Shown here: piece by piece, positions 49,502 to 59,913 of the stretch
Layout: each line of letters opens with the position of its first letter
Numbering within the stretch: position 1 is the stretch's first letter
Source of the DNA: Basidiobolus meristosporus CBS 931.73
Lineage: Eukaryota; Fungi; Basidiobolomycota
Direction of reading: 5' to 3'
Length of the DNA stretch: 64,000 bases
Assembly: GCA_002104905.1 (NCBI GenBank)
Contig: MCFE01000143.1
Coordinates: 91,647 to 155,646 of the forward strand
The notes under the pieces: model-generated
What the model was told of the DNA's origin: nothing
What the model saw: the letters and a program-made list of their open reading frames with translations, nothing else
Database searches by the model: none
Made by a program: the position numbers and the translations under genes

Positions 49502-51151
49502 ATGGCCACCGATAAAGACATTCACGAGCTTCAGCAAATGGAAATCGGTGCTGCCGATGAAGATCAACTCACTAGTCGCGAAAAGGAACTTCTAAGATTG
49601 GAACGCGAGCTAAATGCCAAGCTTGACCAACAACTTTTGGAGAATCCAAATAAGATCCCTAAGGCTGTTTGGTACATTATCCCCAACGAGTTCTGCGAAC
49701 GGTTCACTTTCTATGGTATCAAAAATCTTCTTCAGCAATACTTCAAGACTGCCGTGGGTCTTAACCCGGTCCAGGCCAAGGTGAATTCACATGCCTTCAA
49801 CATGATGTGTTACTTCTTCCCCCTCCTCGGTGCGGCCATCTCTGACTCCTGGCTAGCCAAGTACCACACCATTGTCTACCTGTCGGTGGTATACCTGATT
49901 GGTACCATCCTATTGGCTGTCTTCTCAATCAACGGATTGATCAGCAACTACGGAGCCTATCCAGTATGGACTGCTATGCTTCCCTTGACCCTGATTGCTC
50001 TCGGCACCGGTGGTATCAAGCCATGTGTCTCTTCTCACGGTGGTGATCAATATCTCCCTCATCAAACCAAAGCCCTTGATTGGTTCTTCGCCATGTTCTA
50101 CATTTCCATCAACAGTGGCTCCTTGCTCTCGCAATACATCACTCCAATGCTCAAGGATAAGGTCAGCTGCTTCGGGTCACAGTGTTACTTTGCCTCATTT
50201 GCCCTTCCCGCTGCTCTGTTCGCAATTGCATTGGTGATCTTCGTCTTGGGCTTCAAGCATTACCGTGTTGTCCCAGCCATTGGCGAGTTCCTTCCCTGGA
50301 AGGCTATCAAGGGTACCGTATACGCCATCAAGAAGTACTCCTCGGCCACCCCTGAGGAGCGCCAACGCCGTGGCAACTGGTTGAACTTCGCCGAGGACTT
50401 GGTTGGCCCATTGTTCGTCGAGGAAATCCGCATGTTTGGTCAAGTGTTCGGCATGATTCTCCCAATCATGTTCTGGTGGATGATCTACGATCAGCAAAGT
50501 ACTGAATGGCAAGAGCAGTATGAGATGATGAACAAGAACTGGGGCTCCCTCGAGATCTCTACTGAACAGTCATCGATCTTCAACACCATCTTCATTCTGA
50601 TCTTCGTTCCCCTCTGCGCCAAGGTTCTCTACCCATTCCTCGAGAGACGTGGTATCCGGTTCTACCTCCTCCGTCGTATGGCTGTTGGCTTCTTCCTTGT
50701 GATCATCTCCTTTGCTTTGTCCGGTGGTCTCCAATACATTGTGCAGTCCAGATTCGATGGTGAGCGTAATGCAAGTGGCAAGGTCACCAGCTGCCCTAAC
50801 TGTCTGCATGGAGCCTGGCAATTGCCCCAATGGGCCCTTCTCTCCCTTGGTGAGACCATGGTCTCCCCCACCGGTCTCCAATTCACATATACCCAGGTCG
50901 GCCGCCAAATGAAGTCAACCTCTTCATCCTTCTGGCTCCTCACCGTCTCCCTTGGTAACTTGGTTGTCACTGCCATTGAAGAGGGTTTGGCCGGAACCTC
51001 CATCCAAGGTCCCCCCAAGTACTTCCTCTACTGCGGCATCGGTCTTGTCGCCAACATCGTATTCTGCTTCTTGGCCACAAAATACACATACAAGGAGGAC
51101 AAGGATGCCAAGCTACAGGAAGCGGCGCAGGAAAAGAAGGGAATGCATTAA
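49502..51151 (+). CDS. POT/PTR transporter, copy C, 549 aa
   Basis: ATG at 49502 (MATDKDIHELQQ) by homology, with TATATAA upstream; all POT motifs intact. Confidence 0.95.
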   Translation: MATDKDIHELQQMEIGAADEDQLTSREKELLRLERELNAKLDQQLLENPNKIPKAVWYIIPNEFCERFTFYGIKNLLQQYFKTAVGLNPVQAKVNSHAFNMMCYFFPLLGAAISDSWLAKYHTIVYLSVVYLIGTILLAVFSINGLISNYGAYPVWTAMLPLTLIALGTGGIKPCVSSHGGDQYLPHQTKALDWFFAMFYISINSGSLLSQYITPMLKDKVSCFGSQCYFASFALPAALFAIALVIFVLGFKHYRVVPAIGEFLPWKAIKGTVYAIKKYSSATPEERQRRGNWLNFAEDLVGPLFVEEIRMFGQVFGMILPIMFWWMIYDQQSTEWQEQYEMMNKNWGSLEISTEQSSIFNTIFILIFVPLCAKVLYPFLERRGIRFYLLRRMAVGFFLVIISFALSGGLQYIVQSRFDGERNASGKVTSCPNCLHGAWQLPQWALLSLGETMVSPTGLQFTYTQVGRQMKSTSSSFWLLTVSLGNLVVTAIEEGLAGTSIQGPPKYFLYCGIGLVANIVFCFLATKYTYKEDKDAKLQEAAQEKKGMH

Positions 51152-51196
51152 GCCCGTTCGTTTACCACTTGGCGCATCATCATCAATTGCATATTC

Positions 51197-51232
51197 ATAC
51201 ACACACACACACGCATATATATATATATATAT
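51197..51232. repeat. (CA)n-(TA)n microsatellite 3' of POT C (longer paralog at about 55228-55268)
   Basis: Read directly. Confidence 0.8.
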
Positions 51233-51859
51233 AGTTCAAATTTTGACAATCCCAAATTGAAATCAAACAGCAATTTGACACTCAACAACTGGATCGCAGA
51301 CTCGTACAGAGTGGTATAAATAAACGAACTTTTGCAAGAGTAAACATGAACAACTGAAGGAACTTGAGTGTGAATGCAACATGGGACTCGCATCGATGTA
51401 TTGTATGTTCGGGAAAAGATCAATGGTAATGAGGTAGTCGTAGTCAGAAAACTTAGTGCTCTTGGTTTACGAAAGCCAAGTGGAGCATCTTGCAGTAGTC
51501 ATTCTATTTATTGGTTGGTAGTATGGGAATAAATGATAGTAGTAACAAGGCCTGATGTTCTTAGTGGCAGTAATTCAAAGACTCAATTAAATCTATATGT
51601 GCATAAAGTAATGAAACAGGAGACCTGAGTTGGCCGGCACTCCAATGGAATATGAAGTTGGCTTCATTAGTGGCTGAGAGTGCAGTCATCAACTTCTTGG
51701 TGGATGGTGCCTCACCCTAAATGTAAATAGGTTGAATTTAGGATCGTGCCCGCAATGATCAGTATATCTGGTAGCGTCCTGATCAAGTATATTATCCGCC
51801 AGTAGGTTTGCATACCTAAAGTTGTGTCTTTGTCATTACCAATGCGAACCATGCATCGC

Positions 51860-52130
51860 TTCTCAACAGCAACCTCGACCCAAGGGCCACCAAAATATAT
51901 TTCGAAGTGTCCAATCGCATTGATCACCAATGATATCCTCTGCTTCCTCGCTAAACATGTCAGCTACAATAAAATTCGAGGTACACTATTGACGAGAACA
52001 AAAGAGGGATAGATGGAATATAAGTGTAATAGAAAATAGCTCTTTGGTATTTGAATTTACCAAACCGTAGCTTACTGTTAGTGTTCCCAAACTTTTCGTT
52101 ACTCGGCAATGCGAAATAAATCCATTAAGA
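51860..52130 (+). pseudogene. Decayed 3' end and terminator region of a B-type POT gene
   Basis: STQGPPKY...ILCFLAKHVSY matches the POT C-terminus; the downstream DNA aligns with 48030-48150 (GTATTTGAATTT.CCA.ACC, GCAATG.GAAATAAATC). Confidence 0.7.
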
Positions 52131-52301
52131 ATACCATAATCAACGCTCATTATGCACTCTTTTTTTTGTTTGCTTATTGCAGACTGTGTTTCGACGCATC
52201 GTGCGCCGACTATGATTCTTTTGGGATAATTGATTCACAATCGATCACTGAAGTCACAACTACGATTGATCGTGAGCAGGATCCATCATGGATTCTTACC
52301 A

Positions 52302-55300
52302 AAATCACGACTATTTTTGATATTCAGCCATCCCTACACATTTCACCTATTTAGAATATTCATTGCGTGGTGGTCACTGCCCTTAATTCCAGGACTAATT
52401 GGATAGTCATCTGACCCGGACTCTAACCTTGAGCCTTTAAAGTGAAGTGTGGTGACTCCATGATATACTGAGAGGCACGTATGATGAGTTGATATTTGAT
52501 CTGTCCAGTTTTGGAATGGAAGGACTATAAGGTACGGTGAGCGTGATCTTGAATATCCAAGTAAAGTCTAATTTATCGGATGCTGTGCTGAAGTCCTACG
52601 CAACTGCAGAGTCCAACTGGCAGAACCAATCTTATCATTCTGACTTATACTGGGAAGAGAGCTACAACTCTAACGACCCATTCACCACAAAACTCACCGC
52701 CAATTGGGCTTCAAAAAACCCCGACTTCATGCATAAGCTACCCAAGTAGTCAAATATATAGGCCGCCCTTAAAGATCCGTGGGAGATTTAACAGAACTCG
52801 ACAGTGAAGTGATTCAGTGATCGTAAGCCCAATTCGTCAATATCGAATTCTAAAAATTTGTTGGGAATAGGCCTTACAAAATTATGCGCATACCGTTTAT
52901 GGGGTTGGCTATCTCGCGTTTATCTCTGTGCTTTGATAAACATCTGGAGTAGACTCCTATCAGAATACCAGCAGCAGTATCAAACCGAGTATTGACAGAT
53001 AACCACCACTCTGGATGCCTATTGTCTACGAAGTGTCTTGAAATGGCCAAGGCATCGTGGTTGTCAATTAGGTTAAATTGCATACACTATGATGTACCTT
53101 CAGACCGTTGTCAGATGAAATCTCACAAACATGTGATCACTTCTGGTGAATGTACCTTACTTGAAGGCTGACTGTGAAGCCATGCTGACTATCTGAAACA
53201 GAACCGCGTTCCGTTTTTGATCCTTTCTGTACACCTTAGTGGTGCTTGTCTATTTGATTGGCAAGACTGCTGAACCATGAACCTTATTTCTGATGGGTTT
53301 CCATTTTTGGGGATATGAATTGAGTCTGCCTTCGAATAAAGTTTGTAGAGTACAAGGATCAGGCAGCTAACCCTGGCCTAGAAAGTAAATCCGATCTTTC
53401 GCACCGACTAAATTGTCCGCATGACCACGATTTCTGATAGCTAGGTTGTTCGAGGGGACCGCTTGCCTTGAAAATATATAAGGGGTGCATCGTGCCTCGT
53501 GGAATACACATCACTACTCATATTCACACCATGGCCACCGATAAAGACATTCACGAGCTTCAGCAAATGGAAATCGGTGCTGCCGATGAAGATCAACTCA
53601 CTAGTCGCGAAAAGGAACTTCTAAGATTGGAACGCGAGCTAAATGCCAAGCTTGACCAACAACTTTTGGAGAATCCAAATAAGATCCCTAAGGCTGTTTG
53701 GTACATTATCCCCAACGAGTTCTGCGAACGGTTCACTTTCTATGGTATCAAAAATCTTCTTCAGCAATACTTCAAGACTGCCGTGGGTCTTAACCCGGTC
53801 CAGGCCAAGGTGAATTCACATGCCTTCAACATGATGTGTTACTTCTTCCCCCTCCTCGGTGCGGCCATCTCTGACTCCTGGCTAGCCAAGTACCACACCA
53901 TTGTCTACCTGTCGGTGGTATACCTGATTGGTACCATCCTTTTGGCTGTCTTCTCAATCAACGGATTGATCAGCAACTACGGAGCCTATCCAGTATGGAC
54001 TGCTATGCTTCCCTTGACCCTGATTGCTCTCGGCACCGGTGGTATCAAGCCATGTGTCTCTTCTCACGGTGGTGATCAATATCTCCCTCATCAAACCAAA
54101 GCCCTTGATTGGTTCTTCGCCATGTTCTACATTTCCATCAACAGTGGCTCCTTGCTCTCGCAATACATCACTCCAATGCTCAAGGATAAGGTCAGCTGCT
54201 TCGGATCACAGTGTTACTTTGCCTCATTTGCCCTTCCCGCTGCTCTGTTCGCAATTGCATTGGTGATCTTCGTCTTGGGCTTTCAAGCATTACCGTGTTG
54301 TCCCAGCCATTGGCGAGTTCCTTCCCTGGAAGGCTATCAAGGGTACCGTATACGCCATTAAGAAGTACTCCTCGGCCACCCCTGAGGAGCGCCAACGCCG
54401 TGGCAACTGGTTGAACTTCGCCGAGGACTTGGTTGGCCCATTGTTCGTCGAGGAAATCCGCATGTTTGGTCAAGTGTTCGGCATGATTCTCCCAATCATG
54501 TTCTGGTGGATGATCTACGATCAGCAAAGTACTGAATGGCAAGAGCAGTATGAGATGATGAACAAGAACTGGGGCTCCCTCGAGATCTCTACTGAACAGT
54601 CATCGATCTTCAACACCATCTTCATTCTGATCTTCGTTCCCCTCTGCGCCAAGGTTCTCTACCCATTCCTCGAGAGACGTGGTATCCGGTTCTACCTCCT
54701 CCGTCGTATGGCTGTTGGCTTCTTCCTTGTGATCCTCTCCTTTGCTTTGTCTGGTGGTCTCCAATACATTGTGCAGTCCAGATTCGATGGTGAGCGTAAT
54801 GCAAGTGGCAAGGTCACCAGCTGCCCTAACTGTCTGCACGGAGCCTGGCAATTGCCCCAATGGGCCCTTCTCTCCCTTGGTGAGACCATGGTCTCCCCCA
54901 CCGGTCTCCAATTCACATATACCCAGGTCGGTCGCCAAATGAAGTCAACCTCTTCATCCTTCTGGCTCCTCACCGTCTCCCTTGGTAACTTGGTTGTCAC
55001 TGCCATTGAAGAGGGTTTGGCCGGAACCTCCATCCAAGGTCCCCCCAAGTACTTCCTCTACTGCGGTATCGGTCTTGTCGCCAACATCGTATTCTGCTTC
55101 TTGGCCACAAAATACACATACAAGGAGGACAAGGATGCCAAGCTACAGGAAGCGGCGCAGGAAAAGAAGGGAATGCATTAGGCCCGTTCGTTTACCACTT
55201 GGCGCAGCATCATCAATTGCATATTCATACACACACACACACACACATGCATATATATATATATATAGTTCAAATTTTGACAATCCCAAATTGAAATCAA

Positions 55301-55642
55301 ACAGCAATTTGACACTCAACAACTGGATCGCAGACTCGTACAGAGTGGTATAAATAAACGAACTTTTGCAAGAGTAAACATGAACAACTGAAGGAACTTG
55401 AGTGTGAATGCAACATGGGACTCGCATCGATGTATTGTATGTTCGGGAAAAGATCAATGGTAATGAGGTAGTCGTAGTCAGAAAACTTAGTGATCTTGGT
55501 TTACGAAAGCCAAGTGGAGCATCTTGCAGTAGTCATTCTATTTATTGGTTGGTAGTATGGGAATAAATGATAGTAGTAACAAGGCCTGATGTTCTTGGTG
55601 GCAGTAATTCAAAGACTCGATTCAGTCTATATGTACATAAAG
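52302..55642 (+). repeat. 3.3-kb segmental duplication, unit 2
   Basis: See unit 1; ends about 50 bp from the nitrite reductase stop codon. Confidence 0.92.
53531..55181 (+). pseudogene. POT/PTR transporter, copy D, with a +1 frameshift at 54281-54283 (may be a sequencing error)
   Basis: About 99% identical to copy C; GGC-TTT-CAAG versus GGC-TT-CAAG in C splits it into ORFs 53468-54361 and 54411-55181. Confidence 0.8.
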
Positions 55643-55690
55643 CCTTTAAAAGACAGTGGGATTGGTTGGGTTCTCCAATTGGACCCTATA

Positions 55691-58600
55691 TTACCAATCC
55701 ATGCTTCCATTAGTTGCCGAAAGAGCAGTCATTGATTTCGTGATCATATGCTTCTTGGTCGACAGGGCCTCATCCAAAATGTCAGCAGGTGGGAGTTGGA
55801 CATACACTTGATCGTGCTCAACCTTGACATGGAAGCACTCAATGTGGAATGCCTCGTCGTTGATGCAGGCACCGGACTTGAGGTTGAAGTTCTTCTTGTG
55901 GATAGGGCAGGAGATGTAAGACTCGGCTCCTGACTCACTCTCGTGGAATCCAAGAATACCGCCTGACAAGACAAGGTCACGCTTCACAGGGCACATATTC
56001 TGGGCCGCATACCACTTGTCGTCCGAGGTGTGGAACACAGCAATCTGCGAATCCCCAACAAGCATCACCTTGCCTTGGTCCAGAGGGAACTGATCCACAG
56101 ATCCAGCCTTGACCCACTCCATGGTACCAGTTTGTCTCTTCAAGCTGGGAAGGGCGGGAACGACCTTGGGCCAGTCGGCAGGTCTCTTAGCACCACGTTG
56201 CTCGATCATTTCGATGAGGGGTCCGCTGCTCTCCTTGGTGTTGACAAACTCTTCAAACTGCTTCTTGAGCTCAGGGTTCTTCACGACTGTGCGCCACTCA
56301 CACTGGTAGGTGCCAATCAAGTATTGCATCTGCTTGTCCAGATCCGCACAAATACCAAGGTGGTCATCCATGATAACCTTGCGGAGATACTTCACCCCTC
56401 CGGGCAGCTTCTCCATCCATCTGGCAGTACGCTGAAGCTTGTCGGCAGTCATGATGTAGTACATCAAGTAACGATCGATGTACTTGGTGGCCTCCTCCTC
56501 AGACACACTAGACACCAACAGGTCAGCATGTCTAGGCTTGGTGCCTCCGTTGCCACCGACGTACACATTGTATCCCTTCTCGGTGGCGATGAGGCCAAAG
56601 TCCTTGCCTTGAGCTTCAGCACACTCACGAATACAGCCGGACACTCCTCCCTTCAGCTTGTGAGGCGAGCGAATACCCTTGTATCTGTTCTCCAGTCGGA
56701 TGGCGAAGCCAACCGAATCTTGCTGTCCATAACGGCACCAGGTGCTACCGACACAAGACTTGACATTACGTAGAGATTTGCCATAAGCGTGGCCGCTCTC
56801 GAAACCAGCATCGACAAGTCTCTCCCAGATCTTGGGCAAGTCCTCCTTTCTGGCTCCGAACAAGTCGAAACGCTGAGCTCCGGTGATCTTGCTGTACAGG
56901 TTGTACTCCTTGGTGACATCTGCGATGGCCTGAAGACCCTCGGGGGTGATTTCTCCTCCGGCCATACGTGGGACAACAGAGTAGAGTCCACCACGCTGAA
57001 GATTGGCAAGATAGCGATCGTTGGTCTCTTGCAACGAGGCAAGACCTCCTGACAAGATATGCTCGTTCCACAAAGAGGTCATGATCGATGCGATCGCTGG
57101 CTTGCACACCTCACATCCGGCTGTGGCCGGGTCTACCGCAGAGTTGCGAGCTACCTCCTCGAACGTCTTGAGCTCCTTGACCTTGACAATAGTGTAGAGC
57201 TCGGCACGGCTGAACTTGAAGTGGGCACACAAGGAGTTGCTGACCGTCTTGCCCAATGACTTCATCTCCGACTCGAAGATCTCAGTCACTTGTGGGACAC
57301 ATCCACCACAGCCAGTACCGGCCTTGGTGAATGCCTTGACTTGGTTGACATTGGCACAGTTCTTCTCCTTGATAGCCTTGCGGATGTCGCCCTTGGTGAC
57401 GTTCAGGCAAGAACAGATTTGAGCATCATCTGGCAGAGCATCGGTTCCGGCCCCTGCCTCTTCCGACTGAGTTCCCAGAATGAGCTCAGATGGGTCGCAG
57501 TCAATGGCCTTGGATGAGCGGGTCATGGCAAGAACCTTGGTGTAGTCCTTGGTGTCACCCACCATCATACCACCCACAAGATGCTTTCCATCCTTGGTGA
57601 AGTTGTACTTTTTGTAGACACGGGAGAATGGGTCACGGTATACAAGTGGTTGATGGATAGTCTCGTCAGGGAAGGGGTTACCGAATGATGCCACATTCAC
57701 TCCCATCAGCTTGAGCTTGGTAGACATATCAGATCCCTTGAAGGTGACCTTCTTCTCCTCAGGCTCGTTGAGGTGAGTGGTGATGTTGCGGGCAACTGCC
57801 TCAGCAGTGTCGTAGCAAGGTGCCACCAAACCGTAGCACATTCCATTGAAGTTGGCGCACTCACCAATGGCATACACATTTGGTGCTGAGGTGCGGAGTT
57901 GGTTGTCAACGGCGATACCACCACGCTCACCAAGCTTGAGTGAGCCATCAGACTCACGGGCGAGCTGATCTCTGGGACGAATACCGATTGAGTAGATGAT
58001 CATATCGGTCTCGACCTCCTTTCCGGATGCGGTGGTGAATCCACTGATCTTCTTCTTGCTGGGCTCCAATTCATCAACAGCTTGAGCCAAGCTCATGGGA
58101 CAATCACCTAATATTGAATTAAGGCCCATTCTTTCAAGTTCGCCCACTAGTAACTTGGATGCTTCACAATCTAACTGACGGGTCATTAAATGATCAGCAC
58201 GCTCATAGACAGTGGAGATTAGTCCAAGATCCTTGGCTGCCTTGGCTGCCTCAAGTCCCAACAACCCTCCACCGACAATGGTGGCTCTCTTGACGTTGTC
58301 CCGGTTGGCCCAGGCAATGATCTGCTCCAGGTCCTCGAGTGTGCGGTACACGTAGATACCACCGACACTGCCCATGGGGGGAACACCTGGTGGCAATGCA
58401 GCCGACGATCCGGTAGCGAGGACACAGATGTCATAGTTGACCCATCCGTACTTCTCAGCACGGACTCGTTGGCCAACTGTGTCGATCTCCTGGACAAGAT
58501 CCCCGAGATGGACCTCAATGTTGTTCTCAGCATACCACTCGCGGGGCTTCATCAACTGCTTAGCAGGATCTCTGTGTGCGAAGTACTGAGTCAAGCCGAC

Positions 58601-58849
58601 ACGGTTGTAGGCAACTGTCAATCAGTCAATCAATCAACAAGGTTAGTTTCTTCCCGTGGTCAAGTCACTCGTCACACAAACATGGACTGTACCTTCAGGC
58701 TCTTCGCCAAAGACCTTGATGTTGTACATGTGCTTGGTGTCGTAGCTGAGCACCTTTTCGATGAAGGAAACGGCGACCATACCGAGGCCAACCACCACAA
58801 TGGTTTGTTGAGCATCGGTAGGTGTAATTATTTCAGTATTCGGAGCCAT
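55691..58849 (-). CDS. niiA: NAD(P)H-dependent assimilatory nitrite reductase (fused NirB-NirD type), copy 1; exons 58849-58693 and 58614-55691, 1026 aa
   Basis: FAD motif VVVGLGMV; spliced GEEPEVAYNRVGLT; NAD(P)H motif IVGGGLLGLEAA; BFD-like CSCLNV/GTGCGGC and CAHF/GCEVC; siroheme/4Fe-4S CVGSTWC and GCIREC; C-terminal NirD/Rieske-like domain. 78-bp GT-AG intron at 58615-58692. Confidence 0.97.
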
Positions 58850-59913
58850 GGAATATGTATTAGTCTATTGAGTAATGAAATGTCGAAAACTGGAATGTAT
58901 TGTTTGTTGGCCTGAGTTGCGGGATTGTCATCGTTATAAATACCTGTGAACCTCAGACATAAATAGTCCGTTCCGTCAAGCCTCTTACTTAACGGACCCT
59001 CATTCAGCGGTCCCCGTCCATTTCTCAATCATGGTAATACAGAAACCACTTCTGTCAACTCTGCATGTATGGATAATCGAGGACCTGTTGAAGTAAAGCA
59101 ACCTCCTGTAAATAACTTGCATGTCAGATATCTAACTAAACATAGAAATAGAACGTACCATTCAACATACATATATAGGAACTGGGAGAAAAGAGTCCAC
59201 AGTTCCGAAGGAACACCTTTATTTGATAATGTCATGCGATTATACCCAGCATTTGTTGGCTTTTTTAAGCAATCATCGGAATGGTTCATCATTTACCAGA
59301 ACGGATGTGTTCTAATTACAAATCATCCAATATGTTTGGAATTCGTCAGAGTTTAGGCCAGGTGCAAGCCATATTTTCCATCAAATTATACAAGGTGTGG
59401 ACCCGAATGCTTTCTAGCTTATCTGTGAAGCCTGAATTTGAATGCGATGCAAATCATAATCCAATACTATACACTGAAGCATTGCAATGAAACGTACTGG
59501 TTCTGATTCCTTAAAAGAATCATTGACCTTATGGTTTTATAACGGTTGTTGGAGAAAAATCTCCTCTCGACCAACGACCGGTTGAAGATAAGCGAGTTCT
59601 ACTTGCTATAGCCGGCTCATAACAAAACGGTAATGACCACGTTCGTATCGTCCGCACAAAAATGCATTATTCCCCTGCTTCACCTTGATCAGCACTCATC
59701 CATATATCAAGCAAAATAGTTAATAAAACACCCACAATACCACAAGAAAATGATCATTAAGTTAATATATATTAAATACAAGTTTTAATCATTTATGCCT
59801 TAAGATACAAATCAAAATCTGCGAACTAATGATAAACATTTCAATTTGAACAATATCTATTTATAATAATCGTCTATAGTATAGTAGCAAAATATCGGCG
59901 TCTGTATAGCAAT

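Larger units (their letters stand above)
48268..51608 (+). repeat. 3.3-kb segmental duplication, unit 1 (unit 2 = 52302-55642)
   Basis: Colinear, offset about 4030 bp; near-identical apart from more diverged patches at about 48830-49160. Confidence 0.92.

Noticed and set aside
52874-53083. 69-aa minus-strand ORF in duplication unit 2
   Set aside because: Not preserved as an equivalent ORF in unit 1 and no recognisable domain.
58850-59913. GATA words upstream of niiA copies as AreA/NIT2-type nitrogen-regulation sites
   Set aside because: Frequent by chance in AT-rich DNA; no positional conservation between the two unrelated promoters that I could see.
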